Shown: positions 12,487-26,213, numbered from the whole stretch's first letter. The stretch is DNA of 63,327 nucleotides, filler included, from Octopus bimaculoides (GCF_001194135.2; 4 parts of 4 records of this genome joined end to end with filler, not necessarily neighbours in it); one strand, 5' to 3'. Program-made: numbers and translations. Notes: a model not told the origin generated them from the sequence alone.

Positions 12487-13889
12487 ACAACGTAAACACA
12501 AATACTAAGTTTAAAACCGTTTATCATAATATGTGATAAACAGATCATAAACATGTCTCAGTGCTTGCTATTGTACGTTAGTTACCGAAGGGATATCATT
12601 TCGTTCTCCACTATCAGTTTTAACAAGTTGTATCAATAAACTTCAGATCTTGTTGGTTTTGATTGTGGAAGAGGAATATGTAACGTCCTAATTCGGTCAG
12701 AGCTGTGTACATATCCAAGATACAGAGCTAAAGTCAGCCTTGACTAAATAGATCTATAAACAGATGTATTCTCATCGTGACCATACCTCTTGTTTTTTAT
12801 GTATACGTGCATCTAGGATTACATGATCCAATATGTTATTCTGCTTTTAAGACAATAGGTTATTATATAAAGGGAATTTAGCTGCTATTTCTGAGACGGT
12901 CGAACCTAAATATATAAGCGTCTTCGTTGACTCGCTTTTTGTCCCGTACGGTGTCATGTCTAAGATACAGCAGTTAATACATCGAGTGAGTGAGTGTATC
13001 ATATAAGTAAAATGTAGACAGGCTGAGAGGAATGGAGTCCACAGATAGACTATGTAATGAACAGAAGCTACGGTGCTGTATTGTTGTCAGTGTTTTTAAA
13101 CAAATCGGTGTACCTTGCAGGTGAGCTACATTCGTTGCGACTTAGCTTGTCAGATTGCTTCAGTAGCATATGGTCAAGTTCTATTTCATTGTTTGCTCTT
13201 TGTGAAGCGAACGCTTTGGCAGAGTGAGTGACAGCTTGTCAACTGAGTCAAACTTCAAACAACCTTAAACACTGTCATGTAAATATATTTTCTCTTCGCC
13301 TTTAACAATTTGTCTTTATCATACTCTCTTTTTCTTTTCTTGCCTTGTTCGTTTTATCAGCCTTTGTGTCATCACACTTCATACACACGGATATCGACTC
13401 ACAAAGGACCAAAGTAAACATGTCTGCGCGTTTGTGGCTTTTTTTAAATAACTAAATTTACATAAAACTTCTAGCGTTAGCTCGCACACGCACACAAGAA
13501 CATACACACTGATACACTTACACACACATACAAGTACAAACACGCACACACGCATAAGTATACATACATCACTCACATATAAACTAACGTGCATATTGAC
13601 AGGTAACTCATGAATACATGGAAAAACATGAGATTTAATCATTTAATCACTTTTTAGGGAAATGAAGTGGAAGCGGGGAAACTAGATTATCAGGATCTCT
13701 GACAACGTGTTAGATTAATTTTACCTATTGAATAAGTGTTAAATAAGACAAGGCGTGATTAGGCGATAGGATGACCGAATTGTTAGCGAGTCGGATTAGT
13801 ATGCGTGGTAATATTTGTTCCAGCTCTCTACGTTTTAAGTTCAGATCCCACTGTGGTCCACTTTACCCCTCAACATTTTGAGGTCGATA

Positions 13890-13954
<65 letters not shown>

Positions 13955-14173
13955 AACTCAGTCGTAGCATTTTGTATGTTCTTCTAGGTGAAAGGTAGGG
14001 AAACCAACAAGATGTCCATGTCTGCTCGCCTCTACTTGGGCACGTAAAAACCATTAGTGAGAACATCTTACATACGAAGTCATCCTATATTGAAAGTCAC
14101 AGCTGTAGGTTTGAGGTAGGAAGACGGAAGATTTCACGATAATAAGTAACGAAGAAAATCTTTGTGTTTGAGA

Positions 14174-14477
14174 GTAGAATATGCGATAACTTATTTCTTT
14201 CTGTAAGATAATCAGATCGAAGAAGAGGGATACTACTGAAAGCCATTGCAGATCTTCATAGACTGGATTTGGTAGGCAGAGATAGTTTTGTGATGTAGCT
14301 GATGTAGCTCTGAAGACCTATGACCAAAAACATTCATTCGTAGCCATATCAGCTACATCACAAAACTATCTCTGCCTACCAAATCCAGTCTATGAAGATC
14401 TGCAATGGCTTTCAGTAGTATCCCTCTTCTTCGATCTGATTATCTTACAGAAAGAAATAAGTTATCGCATATTCTAC
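14174..14477. repeat. Perfect 130-bp inverted repeat with 44-nt spacer
   Basis: 14174-14303 is the exact reverse complement of 14348-14477 (checked in 10-nt blocks). Confidence 0.97.
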
Positions 14478-14581
14478 GCATATCAGCGACTTGGTGAGGG
14501 TGAAGTTTTTTTTTTAATCATTACTTAGGTCACACAAATTTGAACAGTGTTACATAAATGTCCAATAGACTTCATGATATC

Positions 14582-14798
14582 AGTATTGGTTTCAAATTTT
14601 GGCACAAGACCAGCAATTTCGGGTAGTGGGTAATTCAATTGCATCGACTCCAGAACTCAACTGGTGCTTATTTTATCGACCCCGAAAGGATGAAGAGTAA
14701 AGTCGACCTCGGCGGAATTTGAACTCAGAATGTGAAGACGGACGAAAAGCTCCTACCCCGAAATTGCTGGCCTTGTGTCAAAATTTGAAACCAATATT
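14582..14798 (-). mobile_element. SINE family A copy bracketed by inverted tail sequences
   Basis: Minus-strand body 14585-14750 plus a + strand tail fragment 14753-14798. Confidence 0.8.
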
Positions 14799-15034
14799 TC
14801 TTTCCTTTCTTTTGGCTGCATTTCAAAAGATATACGTAGGGTTTAAGTACCGGCTCCTAAAGCTAGTCTCACACTTTCGGTTTTATGATGCAAAAGGTTG
14901 TGTGTCGCTGAGAATGGGCACTGTAAATGGTAAATCAATGATTCATCTTTGCATAAATTATTCAAAAAGCACATCTCTTTGTTTTGGTTGCTGTTACCAC
15001 CTTCGTTACCGAGATTGATAGGATTATTCTGATA

Positions 15035-15123
<89 letters not shown>

Positions 15124-18100
15124 TAGGTCTCAGATTCGACCCTATTAAATGGCATCTTGAGTAAATGTCTTTTCTCATAACGTCGGATTGTGCTATGTCT
15201 ACCACCTGAATCAAAACTTTGAAAGACCAGCTGACAATATTAAACAGAGTAGTAAATCAGATAGAGCACTCAAACTAATGGCATCCAAGATGTAGGGGGT
15301 GGTGATAAATCCAGTATCCTACTAGTAGAAGACTGCACACTCAGGCAAACGAAAAAAGCAACATATCTAGTATTTTACTATTTTGTTGTAAGTAGAAAAT
15401 CCATGCACATAAATATCGGTTTTACTCACGAATTTCTGTTATCATTCAACTATTTGATACTTATACCTTCCTGTACAGTAACACAAATATTCGTCTCTGT
15501 GTTTATGATATACTTTAGCGAATCTAGTTATGTTGTTTCTAAACGTCGCATCCTAAACAATTATGACAGTACCCACATTCAGTTTTGCATACCTGCCACC
15601 CTTTTAGACGTAGTACAACCAGGTACTTAATCTGTTCCCTTAATCCATCCTTTTAATACTCCGTTGTTTCAATCAGTTCAGTTTTATCGATGTCATCAAC
15701 TTGCTTCAGTATCCAGAATATTCATAAATAGAGATTACACTGAGCTTAAACGATTCATGTCTTGTATTCATTCTATCTCACTGCTCTCATAGTACAAATC
15801 CAGCCCCGATGAACTTTGCCTTTCATCCTTTCGAGGTCAACAGATAAGGCAAAAATCAAAGATGGTCGACTTGTGGAATTTTTATGGTGTCGGACGGCAA
15901 GTCTTGTGATATTTGTTCCGGTTCTTTACGTTCTGGGATCAAATTTTGTCTTCGCCTACTTGGGTTTAATCCGTCGCCTGGTTTGATACAAACGCCTGGT
16001 CTTAGAGTGGCTTTAGTAGTGTCCACTCCGTCGCAAGCGTTCAAAATAGATCTCTGGTTTGAGCATACGTTTTTTCCCTCCCAGTCTCGGATGCTCTAAG
16101 CAATAAATAAAATAAGCACTAAGCAATAAATAAAATAAAAATAAACACTAATGCAGACCTAACTGCACCATTAGACAACATTTTGTCCACGTCTCTCATC
16201 TAATAACTCATTCTATTCGTATTGGTTTTCACCATCTGACAGCCTGATACATCTAAACGCTAACACTCCATACTCTTATTTCCTCTGCATCTCGAAACTG
16301 TCGTTAAAAACTAATTCGTGATTCAACTATCATAAATAAACGTAACTGCAAAAGAAATGCTGAACTGTTGGACAGCCACCGTTGTTGAAATCATTCTATT
16401 TTACTAAGACCTGTCTGCTTTGAGGAACAGTACTCTCTAATGATTTCATGCCGTACGAGAATATGTCATCCATTAATTTTATACATGTGAAATTCTTAGA
16501 TGAGTTATTGCAGTAGTAATTTCAAATTTCTAAAATATTAAATGTATCATTTACATTTCTTTGTTCCACATATCATTTACAGTGGTTTGTCCTCCAACAT
16601 GTTATAGTTAATATATTCCGTCATATATACATGCCCCTAGGTTGGGTTCGCATTCAAAATATATTTTTGTCTTACGCAAAGTTCAATATATTTTTCTCCG
16701 TTTGGTCGCAATGTCCTAGAAATATATTTATATCGTAGGAGAGGCGATCAGAACAAAGCGTAGACAAAAAAAAGGAAACGAAAGATTAATAAACCAGCAC
16801 AGTAACATATAAGTGCCTCTCATTTATCATAAAATATGAGTGTCTCACCTACATTATAAACCCCATGCTTATTTCAATCAATGATTTTGTACTTACAATC
16901 TGTATGGTAGTCCTGCTATGTCCATCTGTAACATCTTGATAATAGAAAGGAATTATCTTTTTATTTCGTTACAAATAAATTAATACATTATTGAATAAAT
17001 AAACTAATAAAACTGCTTGTCAAAGTGAGCACTGTGAATTTAAAAAAATACATAATTGAAGGCTTTACGTATTTCATACTTATGCTGGTGCATCTTGGAA
17101 AGCATATTATTTATAATTTTGTAGTACACAAGTGTGAAAATAAAACAAAAATAAGTCAGTTTTCTATATTGTTTTTAAATTTAAAATTTTAAAATATAAT
17201 TTTGCTTAAGATTTTCATGCGAAGTGCTCCAGCAATTATACCTTATCTCATCATTAATGCGTCAACAAGTGGAAATGATTGAAAAACACTGTAGTAAAAC
17301 ATTAAAATATCTCACATTAATTTTTTCAATAATATCTCTGCACTGAATAGCTGTATAGATAGAGTTTCTGGACTGCCAACTCCATATTAACGATTTGATT
17401 CTACGTATCTCAGTGTTTTAGTTGCTGATTAACCAACAAGTCAGCGCTGATGGAGCTGACAGAACTATAGCCACACTGTTTTACCGTGTGGAATAGTGTA
17501 TCCCAAGGCAACATTCTTCAGTGTGTCCTTTTAAAAGGGGTATGGTTGTGAGATGAAAAAGATTTGATAGTTATTTCTAGCAGGTCGAGTGACCGACGCA
17601 GAAGCTTGCCTATCCGTTCGTCCATTCTAATTGCTAAGAATAAGTACAGGAGTTAGTCGCACTACTGTGAAATCCAAATGGTGCAATTAAATGAATGAGA
17701 CGACGGCTAGAAAGATGTATTTATAAGAACGTAAGGTCTTTGAAGACATAGAATATCTATAATTAGGCCCTAATATACTTCTATCAGAAGTGTTTCTGCA
17801 TATAAAAAAGACATTGAGCGTAATCGTTCTTTATAAAGCAAGCACCTTTGATTGAAGCAGCTGCGATATACTGTTGACCCTAGACCAAAGGACCGAAAGT
17901 ATACTGTATCAAATAAATCCAGTCTCACAGTACTTGCTACTGACTCTAAACCAGACTACTAACACTTATTGTTTCCACAGCAAGATTAAAATAGTTACCG
18001 TTTCAACACTAGTTTGCAAATTGACATTTATCCATATATAAAAGACGTATGTGGTTAAAAGTGACAAGTAGCCATTTTTATGAGTATAAATTTTGTCAAT

Positions 18101-19299
18101 ATTATGGAAGATAATTCGTGAAATATAAACACAACACACAGGTTTTATTACTAATAATTCTCTCTTCCATAATTTTAATTTAGTAGAACTTTTCCACATT
18201 GATGATTTTACAAAGAAAACAAATAACAGGCTGATGTTTTTCCTTCAATGCTAATTGGTTGTTTATATTCTTCTGGCGTTACTCGATAGAAAACTTCTTC
18301 CATTTAATGCAACACATCAACTGGAAAACCGTCTATCAACAATCAATATTACGTCAATTTTGCAAAACATTGATACGAATGCGTCTTCCATTTTATTCAC
18401 TTGGCTCTTTCAGGCTTATCATGACATCACTTCCGCCTGAAAAACCCCACCAACTGTCAGAAATGTTAATAAAACAGACGAGCTTTACGTAGCATCGTAA
18501 ATCAAACAGAAACGTATCGTATTTGACAGCAACGGCTTATGATGTATTTGTAATGGCCTACACATCTATAGGACGCGACATAAGCCCATAGAGTGTGGCC
18601 ATTCGTGTCGGTGGCACACTGATAGGCCGTCTGTAAATGCCTCGGACCAGATGACTTCACTAACAGCTTAAATTACCTCTCATCCATCAAACCAATGGCT
18701 GATCAATGATCTGCAAATGTAGAACGAGAATGCTGTTGAAAATACAACTAAAAACACAGTAGCATTCGCATCGAAAGAGTAGTAATATAACGTCTAGCAA
18801 AGTGAAAGAGTAAAACTCCAGTTTATCCAAGTATTGTGTGGGGCTGATATACTGGAGTGGACCATTAGTATTCTCGCCTGTCTCTCAACTTATTTAGGTG
18901 TGTATTAGAAAGATAACAATGAATAACGGGACTCTTATACAGGAATAACGGAAAATGTATATATGTATGTATGTATGTAAGCAGGCATGTAAGTGTGTGT
19001 GTGTGTGCGTGTGTGTGTATGCGTGCGAAATAATATATTCACATGTATGCATAATTAATAATGTACATAGACACAGATATACGAAGCATTATATATGTAT
19101 ATGTATGTATTTATGTATGTATGTATTTATGCATGTATGTATAATAGGGCAGGTGTATGGTGTCAGAATAGGAGAAGCAGTCGACGCATGAAAGTTATGT
19201 TATGTGTATTTATCTTATTGGTTGATAATTTAGATGATAATATTCCGCATTATAATTCCTCAGTTTTTGAATCATAATTGGCTCCTTCAAAGTAAATAC

Positions 19300-19303
19300 T
19301 TTG

Positions 19304-19362
<59 letters not shown>

Positions 19363-19529
19363 NNNNNNNNNNNNNNNNNNNNNNNNNNNNNNNNNNNNNN
19401 NNNNNNNNNNNNNNNNNNNNNNNNNNNNNNNNNNNNNNNNNNNNNNNNNNNNNNNNNNNNNNNNNNNNNNNNNNNNNNNNNNNNNNNNNNNNNNNNNNNN
19501 NNNATATATATATATATATTCATATATAT

Positions 19530-19574
<45 letters not shown>

Positions 19575-19830
19575 CTCATAATACATACACACATGCATAC
19601 ATGCATATATATAAATATATACATATATATGCACATATATATATGTACATACATATGAGTGTATACATATATGCATGTATATAAATATACGCGCATAAAC
19701 ACGCATATACGCATATACACACGCACGCGTACATACATGTTTGCGTGTGTGCGCGCACGTGTTCGTGCATGCGCATGTGCGTAAGCGCATGTGTGTGTGT
19801 ATGTGTGTGTGTGTGCGTGTGCTTGTGCGT

Positions 19831-19875
<45 letters not shown>
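19300..19875. repeat. Compound (CT)n-gap-(TA)/(CA)/(TG) microsatellite region
   Basis: Seen directly. Confidence 0.95.
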
Positions 19876-19876
<1 letters not shown>

Positions 19877-20424
19877 CTAAAGTTAGACGTACATGTACAC
19901 CAATATGTAATCACGCGCATGACTGCTAAATACATAGCATGTTATCTAAAACTGTATCTGCTATTTATTTAACAATCCGTTTTGCAATATAGTAAATGTC
20001 AGCTTTATTTAGAGAGATTGATGTTTTCTATCAATGAACGCAGCTATTGATAAAAGCCTCGTTGTCTAATTACAATAGCTATAGCTTCGTTACCAATTCG
20101 GTGCTTACCCTATGTCCGTAGGAGAGACATCTACATCCTCCAGGTAAACAATCCTTCTCCAACAGTGAATTACATTTTATTCTTTGTCTTCGTAAAGGGT
20201 ACACGTGACAGAGAAAGACGAAGGAAGAATATAACTTTGGATGTCAGAATTTTTGGCGTTTAGTTTCCAAGACGAGACAACGAATTATAACGGTAAGTGC
20301 TATCCATGCCAACATGTAAAATTATATCTTTAAAATACGATGGTAGTGGGGGCGACGGCAATGGTGGTCATGGTGGTAATGGTGATGACGATGACGACGA
20401 CGACGACGATGATGATGAACATGC

Positions 20425-20467
<43 letters not shown>

Positions 20468-20531
20468 CTGAGTAACAGCTTTTGTTATATTTCTGCTGTT
20501 TTTAAAAAATAAACCATATTACTCTACCTCT

Positions 20532-20631
20532 NNNNNNNNNNNNNNNNNNNNNNNNNNNNNNNNNNNNNNNNNNNNTTAATTAATTAANNNNNNNNNNNNN
20601 NNNNNNNNNNNNNNNNNNNNNNNNNNNNNNN
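20532..20631. other. Artificial assembly join
   Basis: 44 N + TTAATTAATTAA + 44 N. Confidence 0.97.
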
Positions 20632-20682
20632 TGTAATCGACTTACCTCAAAACTGCTGGACTTGTGCCAAAACTTGAAACCA

Positions 20683-20688
20683 TCATCA

Positions 20689-20746
<58 letters not shown>

Positions 20747-20750
20747 CATT

Positions 20751-20785
<35 letters not shown>

Positions 20786-20804
20786 TATTATTATTATTAT
20801 TATT

Positions 20805-20857
<53 letters not shown>
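20683..20857. repeat. Compound (ATT)n/(CAT)n/(AAT)n array
   Basis: Seen directly. Confidence 0.97.
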
Positions 20858-21075
20858 GGGGCGAGCAGGCAGAATCGTTAGCGTGTTGGGCAGAATCCTT
20901 AGCGGCATTTCGCCCATCTTTATGTACTGAATTAAAATTCCGCTGAGGTCGATTTTACCTTCCATCCTGTCGGGGGCAATGAAATAAGTACCAGCTATGC
21001 ACTAGTGTCCATACAATTGACTAGCCCCTACCCAAAATTCTCAGGTTTTGTGCCTCTAGTAGAAAGGATTATTAT
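20858..21075 (+). mobile_element. SINE family A copy after a long (ATT/CAT/AAT)n tract
   Basis: ggcgagcaggcagaatcgttagc ... gtagaaaggattattatt. Confidence 0.88.
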
Positions 21076-21465
21076 TAATATTATCGAGTGAGAGAGCAGT
21101 GCATGCCAGCAAAGTGACTCTGGTGTTAAATATACGAAGCCCAATATACCCATCATGACTTTCCGTCTGATAAGAGTACACCAGGCATATGCATCACGCT
21201 GAAATTTTGCCTCTCTTATATTTATTTTGTTTTTAACACAGCAAGTTCATAAGAGACGTTATCGCAGAACAAATGCAACAATAAGTAACCTATCGAAAGT
21301 ATGTATACATAAGGTATGATACATAGATGGCTGAAATAGTGCATCTGATATTATAGATTTAGAATTTTTGAGTTAGCCGAGTATATGTAAACATGCATGC
21401 ATACATATGTTACATTTAATCATAATTATATTTATTACTTAGTGCATAGTCAGCACAATGAACTT

Positions 21466-22502
21466 TTTTATGGGGGATAACATTAACCGTTTCTGAATGT
21501 GTACGACACAGGTTTCAATTATTTTTTTTTTTTCGTTGCACATTTTATTTTTTCTTAATTTTATGAATACTTAACGTATATTAAATAACATTTTGTACAA
21601 AATTTGTTTATTGCTTGAACCGAAACACACAGCATACACTTGATAAAGTCATGCATAATTAATTTTAACCTCATTTATATATCATTGATTCAATTAGATA
21701 CATGTGTAATTGAAGAATATGCATTACATTGGGTTGTAAAACTGTTGTTAATATAATTCTCTCTTATGAATTTAGTCTGGGTCATCGCGATATTGTAGCC
21801 AACAATAGTCAGCGATTTTATGCTTTGACTCCAAAATTCCTGGTATCGTGTTTCCATTACTTGAATATCCTTATGAAATCTTTCTTTTTGTCCATCACTT
21901 AACTGCACCAATATTTGCAAGAAACCTAGATGAAAATGTAGGAAGTGTATTTTAACGACACCCGAAGCCTATTTCTTTAAATGCATCAAAAGTTTCTCAA
22001 CTCCGCCTTTATATGCAAAGGGTTTTAATGTTCCTCAGAAACTTTTCACTATTTAAAACCTTACTAACAGTATTTTAGCCTTAGTTAAAAATCAGTATTT
22101 TTAAAAACTTCTCTGATTTGAAGCCCTCAAATATTTCCTCGTTTAAGTTTATCACATGATCACTTAGAAATTATTAGAAAAGTTTAAAAAATCTTTCTAA
22201 AATGATTTTAACCATTGGTTGAACAATTTTTTTTTATTAAACAAAAATAAAATGTAGGTAAGTGATAGAAGTATCTTCCTTCTTGTGGTCAACTCAATGG
22301 ACATGTACTGTATTCTTTCCTGGGATATATGCTGACTTCAGTGGTCAATCACGTTTAATATAGTGACCCGTGGTAGTACAGCTGTGTCATATGCACATGA
22401 ATTAACAATATTTTGTAATTCAAGCTGATATGTCTCTTCTGGGGCTTCAGTTGATCCAAGTTGACCATGCATCTGTTCATGTTCGGAAAGGCCTGGGCAA
22501 GG

Positions 22503-22545
<43 letters not shown>

Positions 22546-22850
22546 GAATACGAGCAGTTGTCCATGAATGCAAAGTCTTTCCACTCCACGCCCATAATAT
22601 TTGTCCCAGGGAAAGGCTGCCAACTTCGACCGACGCATCGTCACAGGTGTCGTCAGAATACAAAGGACCGAAACAGATATGCCAAGACAGCTTGCCTTAC
22701 ACTCTAACAGTTCCGCCAATTCGCCGCCCTGGATTAGCATGCCAATAAGTTTAAGATCACAGAGATTCCATTGCTGAACACGGTTTTTGAACGGCGTCAA
22801 ACAATATATTCGAGTCATGAGATATCTCTTTTAGGTGGGCAGAATTGACT
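21466..22850 (-). mobile_element. Chapaev3-like (CMC) DNA transposon remnant with nested SINE-like insert
   Basis: Scattered frames give WNLCDLKLIGML, HYIKRD*PL..YIPGKN, KIHFLH, LSDGQKERFHKDIQVMETRYQ..W; candidate end CACAATGAAC near 21466; poly(A)-tailed insert at about 22510-22730. Confidence 0.7.
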
Positions 22851-23051
22851 ATGGTGATACATGAGTTTATATTCCTATTATGCATTCAGGCTACTTTGTG
22901 ACGAACCAACCAAGAGAAGCAGTTAGATAAGGATGAAGTAGTTAAAGAGTTCATTGATGTTGATTAACTACTTCAACTACTGGACCATGTATTGTGAAGT
23001 ACGCTACAAATTTTCATTTCGCTTTCGATAGCAATTCCCCTCTTGCACATG

Positions 23052-23083
<32 letters not shown>

Positions 23084-23085
23084 CA

Positions 23086-23124
<39 letters not shown>

Positions 23125-23125
<1 letters not shown>

Positions 23126-23700
23126 CTCTTTATCACAGGTTTTGTTGGAGCTCCTGGAGTCTTGCATGCGTAGCGGTCTTACTACCTGTAGCCTACGGTA
23201 CCATGCTAGTCGCTCTCTTCAGCTAGCTAATACTTTCTCGATTATTCTGGCCGTGCCAAGGAGGCAAACCTTTTGTAACAGTTCTACTGGGCACTCTATT
23301 GCAATTTCCTTTATATTCCCCTTGATGCCTTCTGATACTGTTCCCAAGGACCCAACAATAATTGGCACTGTCTTCACCTTCTTCATTTTCCATAGCCGAG
23401 CTATTTCCTAATTAAGAATGTATCTATTTATCTTTTCGCCTTCCTTCTGGACTATTCGGGGCATGCAACATCAACTATATAGCATATGTGGTGCACCTTG
23501 TCCACCACTACTAGGTCCGGTCTGTTATGCTCTAGCACCTGATCTGTTTGGATTGGGAAATCCCAGAAGATTTTGCTAGTCTCCGACCCTGCCACTCTCT
23601 ACGGTTTGTGCTCATACCACGTCTTACCTCTCTCTAACCCCTACTTTTCGCACAGTTTCCAATGGAGCACTTTCGCTACCTGGTCGTGTCGTCTCATGGT
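23125..23700 (-). mobile_element. 3-prime part of a second REL-endonuclease LINE family
   Basis: RHDQVAKVLHWKLCEK, KIFWDFPIQTDQVLEHNRPDLVVVDK..CYIVDVACP; ends in an (AAT)n tail at 23050-23125. Confidence 0.85.
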
Positions 23701-24383
23701 TTTAATTTTAGGAGAGGGGTATAGCGATTACATTCATCCCAGTGCTAAGCTAGTATTATTTTATCGACTCCGATAGTTAATCTTAGGAGCATTTGAATTC
23801 AGAACATAAAGAGCCGGAAAAAAATGCCAATAATCATTTTATCCAGTGCGCTAAGGATTCTGACAGCTCGCAGGCTAAGCAACAACAACAACAACAACAA
23901 TAATCCCTTCTACTATAGGCACAAGGTCTGAAATTTACAGGGAGGGGACAAGTCGAATACATTGACCCCAGTGTTTCACTGGTACTAAATTCATCGACCT
24001 CGAAAGGATGAAAGGCAAAGTCGACCTCGGCAGAATTTGAACTCAGAGCGCAGCGACGGGCGAAATACCGCTAAGCATTTCGTCCAGCATGCTAACGATT
24101 TTACCAGCTCACCGCCTTAAGAACAACAATAATAATAATCCTTTGTACAATAGGCTCAAGGCCTGAAATTTCGTGGGAAGGGGCTAGTTGATTACATCAA
24201 CCCCAGTGCTCCACTGGTGCTATTTTATCGACTCCGAAAGGATGAAATGCAAAGTTGATCTTGGCCGCATTTTGAACGCAGAATATAAAGATGGAAGACA
24301 TGTTCCTAAGCATTTTGCCCTGCGCGCTAAAGCATTTTGCCCATCAGCAAATGCTTAATACTTAATAATACTAATACTAATAC

Positions 24384-24421
<38 letters not shown>

Positions 24422-24895
24422 GTGACGATGACGATGATGATGATGATTTCAAATTTTGGAAACAGGCCAGTAAGTTGAGGAGAAAGGATAAGTCGATTAC
24501 ATTGAACCCTGTATTCAACTGGTACTTATGTAATCGACCCCGAAAGAATGAAAGGCAAAGTCGGCTTCGGTGGCATTTGAACTAAGAACGTAAAGACGGA
24601 AGAAATGCTAGTAAGAACTTTGCCCCGCGTGCTAACGATTCTGTCAGCTCGCCATCTTAATAATAATAATAATAATAGTGGGTTCAAATTTTGCCACAAG
24701 GGCAGTTATTTTGGGGGAGGGAATGAGTCAATGACATGAACCCCAGTGTTTAACTGGTACTTCTTTTATCGACCCCGAAAGGATGAAAGGCAAAAATCGA
24801 CCTTGTCGGAATTCGAACTTAGAACGTAAGAAAGGACGAAATGCTGCTAAGCATTTTGCCTGACGTGCTAACGATTCTGCAAGCGAGCCATCTTA
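23700..24895 (-). mobile_element. Array of five same-orientation copies of SINE family A separated by (AAT)n/(AAC)n/(GAT)n
   Basis: Repeated body cgaccccgaaaggatgaaaggcaaagtcgacc...gctaagcattt...gctaacgattctg..agctcgcc at about 23700, 23900, 24135, 24445, 24680. Confidence 0.9.
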
Positions 24896-24907
24896 ATAAT
24901 AATGATG

Positions 24908-25005
<98 letters not shown>

Positions 25006-25032
25006 AATGATGATGATGATGATGATAATGAT

Positions 25033-25116
<84 letters not shown>

Positions 25117-25138
25117 AATAATAATAATAATAATAATA

Positions 25139-25170
<32 letters not shown>

Positions 25171-25180
25171 AACAACAACA
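24895..25180. repeat. Compound (AAT)n/(GAT)n trinucleotide array
   Basis: Alternating blocks seen directly. Confidence 0.97.
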
Positions 25181-25499
25181 GTGATAATATAAACACAAAA
25201 ATAACTAACTACCCTTATGAGTGTCTCTCATCTCTGGAGACACTTTACACATTTGGCCAGCAGGGGTCAACTTGAGATGATAGACACTGGACATAATGGA
25301 CATTAGTTGTGATGGATGGATTTTAACACTAAGTTCAAGCCAGCTGGCTTTGTTATAGATCTGTTAAAAAAACAATAAATCAACCGGTTGCCACTCTCAT
25401 CCTCATCTATTATGCTATTTACACGGTTATGTTAATTGACAATCTTGCCGTGTACATTTGTACATCCACCTGTAAAATATACATCTATATAAGACTGTA

Positions 25500-25833
25500 G
25501 ATATGTATGTATGTCTGTATGTATGTATGTATGTATGTATGTATGTATGTGTGTGTGTGTGTATGTACGTATGTATGTGTATGTATGTATGTGTGTGTGT
25601 ATGTATGTATGTGTTTATGTATGTATGTATATATGTATGTGTGTGTGTATGTATGTATGTATGTATGTATGTGTATGTGTATGTATGTATGTATGTTGTT
25701 AACTATACAAGTATGTGTGTATATATGTATGTATGCATGTGTATGTATACGTATATAAGTATGTTTAAATTTCTAAAACTATGTAAGTATATATATGTAT
25801 GTATATATGTATATATGTCTAAAAGTATGTAAG

Positions 25834-25873
<40 letters not shown>

Positions 25874-26010
25874 AGAGTGTGTGTGTACGTATATACGTAT
25901 ATATGTCTAAAAATATGTAAGTATATATGTACATATATATGTATATATGTGTATGTCTTTAAGCATATATGGATGGATGGAGGGATGGAGGGATGGAGGG
26001 ATGGATGGAT
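25500..26010. repeat. Compound (TATG)n/(TG)n/(TA)n/(GGAT)n region
   Basis: Seen directly. Confidence 0.95.
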
Positions 26011-26213
26011 GGACATAAGTATGAATTTATATTTCCTTGTCTAGCATGTTAATATACTTGGCATTTAATTACGATTTGAAGTGCTTACAATGTCATACAT
26101 ATCGAGTAAGACTAATTGTTAATTCATATACATTGTCAATGAATACAGACACATTGTATGTGTGTGTGTATATTTGATTGTATCTGCTATATGTGTGTGT
26201 GCGTGTATTTTTA

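Noticed and set aside
17981-18046. + strand segment with good branch point, acceptor and GTATGT donor
   Set aside because: Stops in all three frames; at best a non-coding exon
20198-20292. + strand exon-like segment with ATG (MSEFLAFSFQDETTNYN) and GTAAGT donor
   Set aside because: No partner exon or homology; an assembly join follows
20576-20587. TTAATTAATTAA palindrome recurring three times (also 46605 and 55599)
   Set aside because: Always centred in exactly 44+44 N; stops in all six frames; an assembly spacer, not biology
23700-24895. Repeat-spacer-like periodicity suggesting CRISPR
   Set aside because: Units are about 200-bp SINEs with microsatellite spacers in a eukaryotic genome; no cas genes
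24819-25275. Poly-Asn/Asp, poly-His/Tyr and poly-Leu/Ser ORFs
   Set aside because: Translation of (AAT)n/(GAT)n starting inside a SINE; no splice or start support
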